DNA of 64,000 nt, taken from contig JBDHKN010000005.1 in assembly GCA_039586365.1 (NCBI GenBank), positions 32,001 to 96,000 of the forward strand, in the 5' to 3' direction. The notes beneath the pieces are model-generated. The model ran no database searches, was not told the origin of the DNA, and saw only the letters and a list, made by a program, of their open reading frames with translations. Shown in pieces: positions 38,287 through 48,660 of the stretch; positions within the stretch are counted from its first letter, which is position 1, and every line of letters begins with the position of its first letter. Made by a program: the position numbers and the translations under genes. Source of the stretch: Gemmatimonadota bacterium. GTDB taxonomy: Bacteria; Gemmatimonadota; Gemmatimonadetes; Gemmatimonadales; GWC2-71-9.

Positions 38287-39693
38287 CTAAGGACTCACCG
38301 GCAGGGCGAACTCTTGCGACAGTCTGGCAACCTGTGCTCGGACCGAGTCTCGCGACGATCCTCCCGCCGTGGCCCTACGCTCGACCGAGTTCTCCCACGA
38401 ACGCCTGCGCGCCAGGATCTCTGGGAGCGACTTGTGAACGCTCGCCGCCGTCCCCACCGGCACGTCCGTAAGCGTAACGCCGAGGGACTCCGCAGCTCGT
38501 ACCAGATTGCCTACCAACTGGTGAGCCTGACGGAACGGTACTCCCGCCACGGCCAAGTCGTCAGCCAAGTCGGTGGCCAGCAGAGAGGCGTCAAGGGCCT
38601 GCGACATTATCTCCGGCAGGGGTTCCATCTCTGCCACGGCCCCACCTAGGGCTGGTAGCGTGAGCAAAATGGTGTCGACGGCGTCGAACAGCGGAGCTTT
38701 GTCTTCCTGGAGGTCTTTGCTGTAGCCGGCTGGCAGACCGCGCACCAGCGAGAGGATACTCACCAGATCACCCACCAAACGAGATTGCTTCGCCCGCGCG
38801 ATCTCGAGCACATCTGGATTGCGCTTCTGCGGCAGCAAACTCGATCCAGTGCAGTACGAGTCGGATAGCCGCACGAAGCCGTATTCAGAGGAGGTGTACG
38901 TGAACAGCTCACCTGCCAGGCGGGAAGCGTGCGTCGCGACGAGGGCAAGCACAAAGATGAACTCTGCCACGTAGTCGCGGGAGCCCGTCGCATCAAGCCC
39001 GTTTGAGGCTACGCGCTGGAACCCGAGCGACTGCCGCAGCAACTCGCGATCGACCGCGATTGCTGAGCCGGCCAAGGCAGCGGAGCCGAGTGGCAGCTCC
39101 GAGATGCGATCGGCGGCAGCTGCCAGACGCTGCCGATCGCGCACCAGCGGCCAGGCATGTCCCAGCAGCACATATGCCCATCGGATCGGCTGGGCGCGTT
39201 GGCCGTGGGTGTAGCCCGGCAGGATGAGATCCACTCCCCGCTCGGCCTGGGATACTAGTGCCCGGCCCAGCACGGCGATCTCCCGGTCCACGGCACCGAT
39301 CGCATCCAGGCACCAGAGTCTGAGATCCGTGGCCACCTGGTCGTTGCGTGATCGACCCGTGTTGAGCTTCCCGGCTAACTCACCCACTTCCTCGTATAGA
39401 AGCCGCTCAACCAGCGTGTGGACGTCTTCGTCTTGGGCCCCGTCGCCGGCCCCTCCAGCCAGTCGCGCGGAAACGCGATCCAGGCCCTCCGCGAGTGCTG
39501 CCCGCTCCTCCGCGTCGAGTAAACTTGCGCCCGCCAAGCCGTCAACCCAAGCTGCCGCGACCCGAACGTCGTAGGGCCACAGTCGGTAGTCCACAGAGAG
39601 GCTCTCATTCAGCTTGACTAACGCCTCGTGGGGCCTTGCCTGGAATCGGCCTCCCCAGAGCTGATGCGATTCGATAGTCGGCTCCGTACTCAA
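38287..39693 (-). CDS. argH: Argininosuccinate lyase
   Basis: LWGGRF, GRSRNDQVATD, PGYTH, TGSSLLPQKRNPD, YSKDLQEDK. Confidence 0.96.
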   Translation of the reverse strand: MSTEPTIESHQLWGGRFQARPHEALVKLNESLSVDYRLWPYDVRVAAAWVDGLAGASLLDAEERAALAEGLDRVSARLAGGAGDGAQDEDVHTLVERLLYEEVGELAGKLNTGRSRNDQVATDLRLWCLDAIGAVDREIAVLGRALVSQAERGVDLILPGYTHGQRAQPIRWAYVLLGHAWPLVRDRQRLAAAADRISELPLGSAALAGSAIAVDRELLRQSLGFQRVASNGLDATGSRDYVAEFIFVLALVATHASRLAGELFTYTSSEYGFVRLSDSYCTGSSLLPQKRNPDVLEIARAKQSRLVGDLVSILSLVRGLPAGYSKDLQEDKAPLFDAVDTILLTLPALGGAVAEMEPLPEIMSQALDASLLATDLADDLAVAGVPFRQAHQLVGNLVRAAESLGVTLTDVPVGTAASVHKSLPEILARRRSWENSVERRATAGGSSRDSVRAQVARLSQEFALPVSP

Positions 39694-39813
39694 GCTCCGT
39701 GTCTCAGACGGCTACACTACGCTGCTTCCTGGTCTGCGGCAGTGACAAACTCGGACGTGATCATCTTGCATTGTGGTCGTAGAGAATAACTCCTGCGAGG
39801 TTCTACAGCGCCC

Positions 39814-42024
39814 TCAGTGGCGCACTCCATGATCATGGCCATGCGGCAGGCCGAGGGAGATGCCGCTGGTAAACGGATTGTGGATCGGGCAGTACTCGGT
39901 GGGTTCGGTTCCCGGAACAAACCACTCGTGTGAGGTCGACTCCCGCGGGCACCACCCGGTGGCCAGGTAACCAGTGTCGTGATCGATTCTCAACAGTATC
40001 AAGCTCTCCGGGCGCTGCCACGGCGCGGGAGCAGGACGCCGCTCGTAGACGTCGTTCATGAATGTCGCCCACGCCGGTGCAGCGAGCACTCCCCCGGCCG
40101 ACATCGCCTTTATCTTGCGTGGCTGATCGAATCCCATCCACACAGCAGTAACCAGCTCCGATGTGAAGCCGATGAACCACACGTCAGTTCCATCGTTCGT
40201 AGTACCGGTCTTTCCGCCGGCGGGATGTAGGAAACGGCCATTTGAGCGCACTGCTCTGGCCGCAGTGCCTTGGAGTACCACCGTTTCCAGCATATTCGTC
40301 ATGAGCCACATGTGCTCCTCGTCGAGTATCCGCTCTCGCCTGGTCTGCGGCTCCCACACGATGTTGCCGTTCTCGTCCTCGACCCGAAGGATCCCTACCG
40401 GAGATGCCCGCACTCCGAGCGTGGCAAAAGCGGTGTAGGCCGATGCCATCTCCAGTGGTATGACGGAGGCGGCTCCAATGTGCAAGGAGTGTCCCGGATA
40501 AAGCTGCGTAGAAATCCCGAACCGTCTTGCCTCGCCAATGACGGCCTGCTCCCCGATCTCCATACCCAGCTTGATGGCCACCAAGTTGCGGGACTGCCTG
40601 AGCCCCTTCCGCAGCGTCATCGGACCGCGGTAATCCAGCTCGAAGTTCACGGGCTCCCAGGGCATCGAGTCGCCCGGCTCGCGCACGCTGATCGGGGAGT
40701 CGTCGATGATGTGGCTGAGCGGAATTCCAGACCGCACCGCCGCGGTGTATACAAACGGCTTGAACGTGGACCCGGCCTGGCGCTGGGCCTGGGTGGACCG
40801 GTTCCACTCCGAATCTCCAATGTCACGGCCACCCACCATCGCCCGAACGTAGCCGTCCCTCACGTCCAGCGTCACCATCGCCCCTTGGAGGTATGGCGTC
40901 TCGACCCGCTCCACGTCGGCGTCGCGTTCCTCCAGATCCTGCTGATACGTCAGGTGACGATAGGGCCCATAGTCACCATTCTCTATCTTCTCGAGCTGCT
41001 CCTCCAGGGCCCTCTCCGCCGCCATCTGCATGTCCAGGTCCAATGTCGTGTAGACGCGGAAGCCACCTTCGTAGATCTGCGTCCCAAATCTGTCATATAG
41101 CTGTTGCCGGACCCATTCCACGAAATAGGGAGCCGCATCCTGGAAATCCTGCCGCGAGCTCACCTCGAGGGGATACGCCTTCCACCGTTCTGCCTCCTGG
41201 GCAGTTAGGTACCCTTGGTCGCGCATGAGGTTGATAACCACGTTGCGCTTCTCGAGGGCATGCTCGGGAAACCGCCGTGGATTGTAGTAGTTGGGAGCGG
41301 GCGGCATACCCGCCAACAGGGCGGCTTCCGCCACATTCAGGTGGCGCGCGGACTTTCCGAAATAGGTGTACGCGGCAGACTCGACGCCGTACACATTCCC
41401 GCCCAAGAATATCTGATTCAGATACAGCTCGAGGATCTTGTCCTTGTCGTAGGTGTGCTCGATCTCGAGCGCGACCCGCATCTCGCGCACCTTGCGGCGG
41501 ATGTTCTTGGTGCTCGGCAGCTTCTCAGGAAACACGTTGCGCGCGAGCTGCATGGTGATCGACGAAAATCCCTCGGCGAAGCGCCCTGCCAGCAGATTGG
41601 CTCGGACGGCGCCCAGGATGCGGCGAAAGTCGATCCCGCCGTGTTGGAAGAAGCGCTGATCCTCCGTCGCAATGAAGGCGGCCCTTACCGCCGGAGATAT
41701 CTCGTCCAGGGCTAGAACCGTGCGGCGCTCAATTCCGAGTTCCGTAATGAGCCGACCGTCCGCGGCGTATACCTTTGCCGTCTGGGTGGGCCGGTAGCTT
41801 TCGAGCACAACGATGGATGGGCACGCGGTCCCGGCACAGGCGCGAGTCCAGGAGCCAACGACGACGCCCACACCCAGAGCAGCAAGCAACACGAAGACGA
41901 AGGCACCGATCCGTACGGCACGGGAGTCCTTCAGGTGAGCCAGACGCCGAACTGGCGGGCGACGCGGCTTCCCGCTGGTCCACCCACTAGGTGGTGTGTT
42001 CATCGAGCCCTGGTCGGTATCCAT
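39814..42024 (-). CDS. Class A penicillin-binding protein (PBP1A family)
   Basis: Transglycosylase motifs EDQRFFQHGG and SSITMQLARN; transpeptidase motifs STFK, SRN, KTG. Confidence 0.95.
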   Translation of the reverse strand: MDTDQGSMNTPPSGWTSGKPRRPPVRRLAHLKDSRAVRIGAFVFVLLAALGVGVVVGSWTRACAGTACPSIVVLESYRPTQTAKVYAADGRLITELGIERRTVLALDEISPAVRAAFIATEDQRFFQHGGIDFRRILGAVRANLLAGRFAEGFSSITMQLARNVFPEKLPSTKNIRRKVREMRVALEIEHTYDKDKILELYLNQIFLGGNVYGVESAAYTYFGKSARHLNVAEAALLAGMPPAPNYYNPRRFPEHALEKRNVVINLMRDQGYLTAQEAERWKAYPLEVSSRQDFQDAAPYFVEWVRQQLYDRFGTQIYEGGFRVYTTLDLDMQMAAERALEEQLEKIENGDYGPYRHLTYQQDLEERDADVERVETPYLQGAMVTLDVRDGYVRAMVGGRDIGDSEWNRSTQAQRQAGSTFKPFVYTAAVRSGIPLSHIIDDSPISVREPGDSMPWEPVNFELDYRGPMTLRKGLRQSRNLVAIKLGMEIGEQAVIGEARRFGISTQLYPGHSLHIGAASVIPLEMASAYTAFATLGVRASPVGILRVEDENGNIVWEPQTRRERILDEEHMWLMTNMLETVVLQGTAARAVRSNGRFLHPAGGKTGTTNDGTDVWFIGFTSELVTAVWMGFDQPRKIKAMSAGGVLAAPAWATFMNDVYERRPAPAPWQRPESLILLRIDHDTGYLATGWCPRESTSHEWFVPGTEPTEYCPIHNPFTSGISLGLPHGHDHGVRH

Positions 42025-42093
42025 CTAACCAGAAACGTAGTGAAGGGTGGCCCTAGTTGCCAGCGACTCACCGGCTCACTAACCTTTGCGGCC

Positions 42094-43356
42094 ATGGAGC
42101 ACCTTCTCAACGAACTGGCGTGGCGCGGTCTTCTACACGACGAGACCCCTGACCTGCGGGGGCGGCTCGCCCGGGGCGTAATAACCGGGTACGTCGGGTT
42201 CGATCCGACTGCCCCAAGCCTGCAAATCGGCAACCTGGTTCCCGTGATGCTGTTGGCCCATCTCCAGCGGGCCGGTGGCAAGCCAATAGTCGTAGTTGGT
42301 GATGGTACCGGCCTGATTGGCGACCCCAGCGGGAAGAGCAAGGAACGTCCGTTGCTGGATGCTGCCATTATCGCGGGCAACGCTGAGCGGCAGCGCAGCC
42401 AGTTGGCACAGTTCCTCGAGTTCAACGACTCGGCAAACGGCGCCGAGGTGGTCAACAACGCCGAATGGCTATGTGGACTTGAGCTGGTCCCGTTCCTGAG
42501 GGATGTCGGTAAGTACTTCACCGTGTCCTACATGCTCCAGAAGGAGTCAGTCAAAGGAAGGATGGCGGACGGTATCTCCTACACCGAATTCAGCTACATG
42601 CTCCTTCAAGCGTACGACTTCCTGCATCTATACCGTACTCGGCACTGTGAGCTGCAGCTCGGTGGGTCTGACCAGTGGGGCAACATCACAGCTGGAATAG
42701 AGCTGATCCGCAGGCTCGACGGGGGTGATGCGCACGGAGTATGCGCACCGCTCATCACGACAGCGACCGGTGCCAAGTTCGGCAAGACGGAGTCAGGTGC
42801 AGTCTGGCTCGATCCAGAAATGACGAGCCCATACGAGTTCTACCAGTTCTGGATCAATGCGGACGACCGGGACGTCGAGGCGCACTTGAAGACCTTCACT
42901 TTCATGACCCGCGCTGAAATTTCTCAGCTAATGCAGCAGCACGGAGAGGCCCCCGGGAATCGGATTCCTCACAAGGCAGTCGCCTTCGAAATGACCGCTC
43001 GAATCCACGGGGATGAATTGGCACGCAGCGCAGCGGAGGCGTCGCTTACGATGTTTGGGGAACGCAACCCAGCGGAGGCCAAAGCAGCAACCTGGAAGAT
43101 GCTGGCCTCCGAGCTGCCACACGGACTGCTTCCTTCAGGCTTTGGACCCACCACTCCTGTCGTTGAACTGGTGGTCAGCACAGGACTAGTGAAGTCAAAG
43201 GGAGAGGCGCGCCGGCAGATTCAACAGGGCGGCATATCGGTGAACGGCCAGACGATAAGAGACGTCAATGACAGCGCTGGCGATCCGCTGGACGGGGGGT
43301 ACTACTGGGTTCGGCGCGGCAAGAAGAGCAACTTCATCTTCATACCATCACCTTGA
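42094..43356 (+). CDS. tyrS: Tyrosine--tRNA ligase
   Basis: YVGFDPTAPSLQIGN, QLGGSDQWGNI, KFGKT, C-terminal S4-like domain. Confidence 0.97.
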   Translation: MEHLLNELAWRGLLHDETPDLRGRLARGVITGYVGFDPTAPSLQIGNLVPVMLLAHLQRAGGKPIVVVGDGTGLIGDPSGKSKERPLLDAAIIAGNAERQRSQLAQFLEFNDSANGAEVVNNAEWLCGLELVPFLRDVGKYFTVSYMLQKESVKGRMADGISYTEFSYMLLQAYDFLHLYRTRHCELQLGGSDQWGNITAGIELIRRLDGGDAHGVCAPLITTATGAKFGKTESGAVWLDPEMTSPYEFYQFWINADDRDVEAHLKTFTFMTRAEISQLMQQHGEAPGNRIPHKAVAFEMTARIHGDELARSAAEASLTMFGERNPAEAKAATWKMLASELPHGLLPSGFGPTTPVVELVVSTGLVKSKGEARRQIQQGGISVNGQTIRDVNDSAGDPLDGGYYWVRRGKKSNFIFIPSP

Positions 43357-43521
43357 TCTCCGCCGCCATCACCTCCAGCTCGGCGCGTGGATCCGCGGAT
43401 CGGTACCCTTTCGGGAACCGCCAGCCGATGGTGTCGTTGGTGTATCAGGGCAGAACCTAATCTTCGTACACGACTCGCGAATTGGCACGATGAGCAACTA
43501 TGTCGCTGAATACGCATTCAC

Positions 43522-44685
43522 TTATTCGGACTGCGCCAGAATCGACGTGACCTTTTCCATTTCCTCCGGAGTGTTGTAACAGTGAGGTGCAAGCCGGATC
43601 GCCCCTTCCCGCAACGAGCAGACAACACCCTCTGCCTTGAGACGGCTGTGGGTTTCCTCGGGGCGAGGCGGCACAACGCTCACAATAGCCGATTCATGAT
43701 TCGACTCTGTGGGAGATACGATCGGCATGCCACGCCTGCTAGCGAACTCCACTAGAGGTTGCCGAACTTCACGCAGCCACCGGGCGATATTATCAATGCC
43801 AAGTTCCAGCAGCAGATTGATACTCAACGTCATGGCGAGGAGGTCCTGAAACGGCAACGTATTCAGCTCGAAGCGGCGCGCGTCGCTCCTCAGCCCACCA
43901 ACGTAGCTCGTGAGATTCGAGGTGTCGTCTGTCCCCTCGAATGCCATCCACCCCACGACTGGCGGGGCAAGTACCTCGAGCAACTCCCGGCGCACGTAGA
44001 CGAAGCCCGATCCCCAGGGCGAGAGTAGCCACTTCTGCGCGCCACATGCCAAGATGTCTACCGGTGTCTCCCGAACGTCGAACGCCACTTGGCCGATAGC
44101 CTGAATGCCATCGACAACCAGAAAACATCCCGCTTCACGACAAGCCCTGCCCAGTCGAGCCAAGTCGGCCCTGTAGCCGTTAGAAAACTGAACCAACGAG
44201 ATTGTGAGTGCTCGGATTGCCGGGTCGCGCAGACGTTCCACCAAGTAATCTTCGTCTGGCCAACCTGCAGCTGTCGTCGGCGCAAGCTCCACGTGAATAC
44301 CGCGTTCCCTAAGTCGCAGCCAGGGATAGACGTTGGCCGGAAACTCGCCCTCGGAGACTAGCACCGAATCACCGGGATCGAGGGGCAGTGATTGGGCAGC
44401 AACGTTCAAGCCAAAGCTAGTGTTCGTCGCTAGCCCGATCTCATCGGTACCGGCGTTGAGCAGGCGCGCCACCACCATGCGAGCCTCCTGGAGTGAGTCG
44501 TGCAGCTGGGGAGGATCCAGCAGGTATGGAGCTGCACGCCTTCGAGTGAAATCGTCGAGAAACCGTCTGGTCCTCTCCGGTAGCGGTCCGATAGCGGCGT
44601 TGTCCATGTAAACCATCTCAGCAGCCCAGGGAAACTCGACTTCCCTGATTCTGCGGAACACCGCCCGATCGATTGGCTTGCTCAC
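43522..44685 (-). CDS. Class V PLP-dependent aminotransferase/lyase
   Basis: YMDNAAIGP, VDGIQAIG, QKWLLSPWG (PLP lysine), IRLAPHCYN. Confidence 0.88.
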   Translation of the reverse strand: MSKPIDRAVFRRIREVEFPWAAEMVYMDNAAIGPLPERTRRFLDDFTRRRAAPYLLDPPQLHDSLQEARMVVARLLNAGTDEIGLATNTSFGLNVAAQSLPLDPGDSVLVSEGEFPANVYPWLRLRERGIHVELAPTTAAGWPDEDYLVERLRDPAIRALTISLVQFSNGYRADLARLGRACREAGCFLVVDGIQAIGQVAFDVRETPVDILACGAQKWLLSPWGSGFVYVRRELLEVLAPPVVGWMAFEGTDDTSNLTSYVGGLRSDARRFELNTLPFQDLLAMTLSINLLLELGIDNIARWLREVRQPLVEFASRRGMPIVSPTESNHESAIVSVVPPRPEETHSRLKAEGVVCSLREGAIRLAPHCYNTPEEMEKVTSILAQSE

Positions 44686-44727
44686 TTCTCTAGCATCCCT
44701 TCCCTCTCGAACACACGTGTCGATGTT

Positions 44728-46563
44728 TCAGGCTGAGCGGCGCGGTGTGCGGGTCACTGGTAAGACGTCGAAGTCGTGTAGCCGTTGATATAACCCGCCG
44801 GCAGCGGCCAACTCGTCATGTCGACCGCGTTCGATCAAGCGACCTCTCTGTAGCACCACGATCTGGCTGGCACGGACCACAGTAGATAGCCGATGTGCAA
44901 TCACCAATACAGTTCGGTTCTCCATGAGACGTTCGATTGCCTCTTGCACCAGCCGCTCCGACTCGGTGTCCAGTGCCGAAGTAGCTTCGTCCAAGATCAG
45001 AATCGGCGGATCGCGCAGCAGCGCCCTGGCGATGGCTATGCGTTGCCGTTCTCCGCCCGAGAGCCGCATTCCACGTTCGCCCAAGGTGGTGTGATAGCCT
45101 TGCGGTAGTTGCTCGATGAATTCGTGGGCATTCGCTGCCTTGGCAGCGGCTTCAACCGATGCGCTCGTTGCGTTTTCCTCTTCGCCATAGGCGATATTCG
45201 CCCGCACCGAATCGTTGAAGATCACTGTGTGTTGGCTCACGATGCCCATGGCCCGCCGTAGCGATTTCCTACTGTAGTTGGATATTGGAACACCGTCGAC
45301 CAGCACATCACCCCGCGTCGGCTCGATGAATCGAGGCAACAGATCCATCAGAGTCGACTTCCCCGCGCCTGATGGGCCCACGATGGCGACGACTTCGCCC
45401 GTAGATACCGTCAAACACACATCTTCCAGGACCCACTTGCCGGGCTCGTATGCGTGCCAGACATGACTGAATGAGACCTCCTCCCTGATACCGGGAAACG
45501 CCATTGCTTTGGGCAGGTCTATGTCATCCGGGGGTTCATCGAGTATCTCAAACACTCTCGCAGCAGCCGCGAGCGACATCTCGGCGCTAACTGGAAACTG
45601 AGACAAGGCCTTCACCGGAGAGAGCAACCGAAGGGTGATGGCCATGAACGGAATGAACAGCTCAGGACGCATACCGCTCCCAGCTTCGCTTCCTGCGGAC
45701 ATCCCAAAGACCAGCAGCAGGAGTATGACACCTGCGCCGAGTGTCTCGCTCACCGGATGCGCCAGAACTGCAAGCTTCCGCGCCTTCACAATGCCATTGA
45801 AGTAGCTAGCGACGGCCCCTTCGAAACGGCGGCGTTCATAATCCTCCGCGTTGTGGGCCTTGACTAGTCGGGCTCCCTCGACAGTCTCGCTCATGATCGC
45901 GGCGACCTCTCCCCGGTCGTGCAGGGTTCCCCGTACCCGCAACCGGATGCGCTGCAAGATGGGCCGCATTAGCAGCGCTATCGTGGGAGCCAGGAGCAGG
46001 GTGAGGAGGGTCAAGCGCCACGAAAGTGAGAACAGGATCACGAGGTAGACACCGACCAAGATGACGTTCTGTGTAGCAGACACGAGAGTGGCACTCACCA
46101 CCTGACCCGCCTGCTCAACATCAGCGATCACCCGACTCACCAGTTGCCCACTCTTCATGCGGTGGAAAAACCCAAGACCCAGCTGCTGGATATGGGAGTA
46201 GAGGGTCGTTCGCATATCCCGACCAACTCCCTCTTGGATGCGCGCGCCGAGCGACCCGGCTGCGTAAACTGCAACATTCTTCACAGCCACGGTGCCGATT
46301 ATGAACAAGACTACGTTCCTCAGCGCCTTGCTATGCTCCGTTGAGAGTGCAAAGCCGACCGCGAAATCCAGTACGCGTTCGACGGCCGTTGGCGCAGCGC
46401 TCAGGATGCCGGGCCCAGGGCCGAACAGGAGTCGCAGAAACGGTATCAGGAGTGCGAATGTGAATCCATCCAGCACCGAGGCAACGATAGTCGCGACAAG
46501 GGTGAGCGCCAGAATGCTAGTGTAGGGCCGAACAAAGCCCAGTAGCCGGCGAAAACCGGGCAT
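44728..46563 (-). CDS. ABC exporter, fused TMD+NBD (MsbA-like)
   Basis: GPSGAGKST, LSGGERQR, ILDEATS; TM N-terminal domain. Confidence 0.93.
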   Translation of the reverse strand: MPGFRRLLGFVRPYTSILALTLVATIVASVLDGFTFALLIPFLRLLFGPGPGILSAAPTAVERVLDFAVGFALSTEHSKALRNVVLFIIGTVAVKNVAVYAAGSLGARIQEGVGRDMRTTLYSHIQQLGLGFFHRMKSGQLVSRVIADVEQAGQVVSATLVSATQNVILVGVYLVILFSLSWRLTLLTLLLAPTIALLMRPILQRIRLRVRGTLHDRGEVAAIMSETVEGARLVKAHNAEDYERRRFEGAVASYFNGIVKARKLAVLAHPVSETLGAGVILLLLVFGMSAGSEAGSGMRPELFIPFMAITLRLLSPVKALSQFPVSAEMSLAAAARVFEILDEPPDDIDLPKAMAFPGIREEVSFSHVWHAYEPGKWVLEDVCLTVSTGEVVAIVGPSGAGKSTLMDLLPRFIEPTRGDVLVDGVPISNYSRKSLRRAMGIVSQHTVIFNDSVRANIAYGEEENATSASVEAAAKAANAHEFIEQLPQGYHTTLGERGMRLSGGERQRIAIARALLRDPPILILDEATSALDTESERLVQEAIERLMENRTVLVIAHRLSTVVRASQIVVLQRGRLIERGRHDELAAAGGLYQRLHDFDVLPVTRTPRRSA

Positions 46564-48132
46564 CTATGAGGTCCTGCGCGGCATCAGTAACGCAATTGGA
46601 AGCACGAGTTCTTCGGGGGTCACACCGCCGTGGAGGAAAGACCCTCTGTACCGAGCCTGATACTCACGGAGTTTTGTCGGATACACGAAGAACCGGTCAC
46701 CCGTCGCGAGCAACAGCCTGACACCGATCCGCTTCGCCGGTAGGCCCCAGCTCTGCAGGTCCTCAACAACGATAGCATTCGCCGACGCGTCGGCACGAAG
46801 GTCCTCTCCGAACTTGTACCGCAGGTTTGCCGTGGCATCTCGCTTGGCATATATCGTGGCTGGGCTGTTACAGTGGATCGATCCGTGGTCGGTAGTGAGC
46901 AACACCGGAACGCCCCGTCTCTCGGCCTCCTTGAGCGAGCGAAGCAACGCCGAGTCCTGGAACCAGGTGCGAGTCAAGCTGCGAAGCGCATTAGTGTCCC
47001 GGGCAACCTCGTATAGGATAGCGTGCTCGGCCCGACCATGGGTTAGCTGGTCCACGAAGTTGAAGACCAAGGCCGTCACGCCGCCCCGGGACAGATACGC
47101 CGGAAGACGCTGGAGGAGTGCCTCACTTTCAGTCGCGCTAGACAGCTTCTCGTAGTGCACGGGGATCTCTTTACCCATGAGTTCCCGCAACTGCTCCACG
47201 AGGAGCTCTGCCTCATGCGCGTTCAGACTCTCGTCGTCTCGCGGACCCCACCACTCGGGATGCCGGGCCGCTATCTCGACCGGGAATAACCCACTGAAAA
47301 TGGCGTTACGGGCGAACGGAGTGGCCGATGGCAGTATGCTGAAGTAGTGTGACTCCTCGACGTCGAAGATGTCTGTAACCAGCGGAGTGAGCGACTCCCA
47401 TTGATCCAATCGAAGGCAGTCTACCACCACGAACATGACCCCAGGGTGATTCCGTAGCAGCGGAACGAGGAACTCGCTACACACATCTACTGATAGAGGT
47501 GGCCGGTCGCCTTCGGGACTGTACAGCCACTTTGGATAGTTGATCTTGACATACTCAGCGAAATCGGTGTGGAGGCTGGTCTGGAAGGTCCGCAGCGCCT
47601 CCTTCAACCCGCTCTCGTCACTCATTGACAACCGGACTTCCCAGTCAGCCACCTCCCCAACCAGTTCCATCCACTCCCGCCACCCCAGCCGTGATCCGCG
47701 CTTCAACTCCATCTCACGAAACCTGCTTACGAAGTCACGGGCAAGCCGCTGCTGCCGGATACGGTCTCCCTCAAGCAGTCGCGTCACCACTGACAGGACC
47801 TGTCGTGGATTCACTGGTTTGACCAAGTAGTCATGCAACTCAATGCCAATAGCCTCTCGCATGGTCCCTGCCTCCTCGCTCTTGGTCACCATGACCACAG
47901 GGACTGCGGGATCGATCGAGCGGATCTCGCTTACCAGCTCAAGACCTCGCCTTCCGGGAAGCTGCTCGTCGAGTAGTACGACTCCGTAGGGCTGTCGCCT
48001 GAGCAGGGCAATCGCATCATCGCCGTGCGCTGCCTGCTCGACTTCGTATCCGTTCTCGTTCAAAAAGAGAACATGCGCTCCGAGTGATTCGAGTTCGTCA
48101 TCCACCCAGAGAACTGTCTTAGGTCGAGGCAT
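46564..48132 (-). CDS. PorX-like response regulator: receiver domain plus PglZ/alkaline-phosphatase-fold domain
   Basis: VLWVDD, LLDEQLPG, MVTKSEE, YLVKP; C-terminal VVDCLRLDQW, ILPSATPFARNAIFSG, FNFVD, TTDHG, FLHGG. Confidence 0.88.
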   Translation of the reverse strand: MPRPKTVLWVDDELESLGAHVLFLNENGYEVEQAAHGDDAIALLRRQPYGVVLLDEQLPGRRGLELVSEIRSIDPAVPVVMVTKSEEAGTMREAIGIELHDYLVKPVNPRQVLSVVTRLLEGDRIRQQRLARDFVSRFREMELKRGSRLGWREWMELVGEVADWEVRLSMSDESGLKEALRTFQTSLHTDFAEYVKINYPKWLYSPEGDRPPLSVDVCSEFLVPLLRNHPGVMFVVVDCLRLDQWESLTPLVTDIFDVEESHYFSILPSATPFARNAIFSGLFPVEIAARHPEWWGPRDDESLNAHEAELLVEQLRELMGKEIPVHYEKLSSATESEALLQRLPAYLSRGGVTALVFNFVDQLTHGRAEHAILYEVARDTNALRSLTRTWFQDSALLRSLKEAERRGVPVLLTTDHGSIHCNSPATIYAKRDATANLRYKFGEDLRADASANAIVVEDLQSWGLPAKRIGVRLLLATGDRFFVYPTKLREYQARYRGSFLHGGVTPEELVLPIALLMPRRTS

Positions 48133-48258
48133 GAGATCAAACTTACCGCTCCCGGCTGTCACCCTCAACGCGCCACTCTGGCGGGCCTCTTTGTGCTGGT
48201 CTAATTTCCAGTTTGTTCCCCGAAAGCACTAACGGGGAATCCTGGGGAGATCACACTG

Positions 48259-48660
48259 ATGAACGACCACTTCGCCACTGCCGAGGATCGCTTGATAGCG
48301 CAGCTTCAGAACGAGATTCGAGGCCCCACGCAGAACGGGATCTTCGCGCTGTGGCTCTTCTTGCGCGTCTGTGATGGCATCCTCGCCCCCGACCCACTCT
48401 CCAACCGGGCACGAAAACGCAGACTCGAAGCCTTGGAGCGAAGACTCAGCAGCCTGTCACTACAGCCATTGCTGAGGAGGACACTGCTTGGCACCCTGCG
48501 CGAGTTGAGTCCTGCAACTGCGGACTCCGTAGTGACATCACTTCAGCTCCTAGCGAAACCCGCCCGAGATTCGTTGGGGCCTGGCGCTGGGGAAGCCATT
48601 GCTTTGGCCCTGCGAGCAGCCCAGGGTACGGCGGAGGTGAGTCGACAGGGGCGGCCATGA
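48259..48660 (+). CDS. Hypothetical helical protein, 133 aa
   Basis: GGGGAG RBS and ATGA overlap with the DnaB-like gene. Confidence 0.65.
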   Translation: MNDHFATAEDRLIAQLQNEIRGPTQNGIFALWLFLRVCDGILAPDPLSNRARKRRLEALERRLSSLSLQPLLRRTLLGTLRELSPATADSVVTSLQLLAKPARDSLGPGAGEAIALALRAAQGTAEVSRQGRP

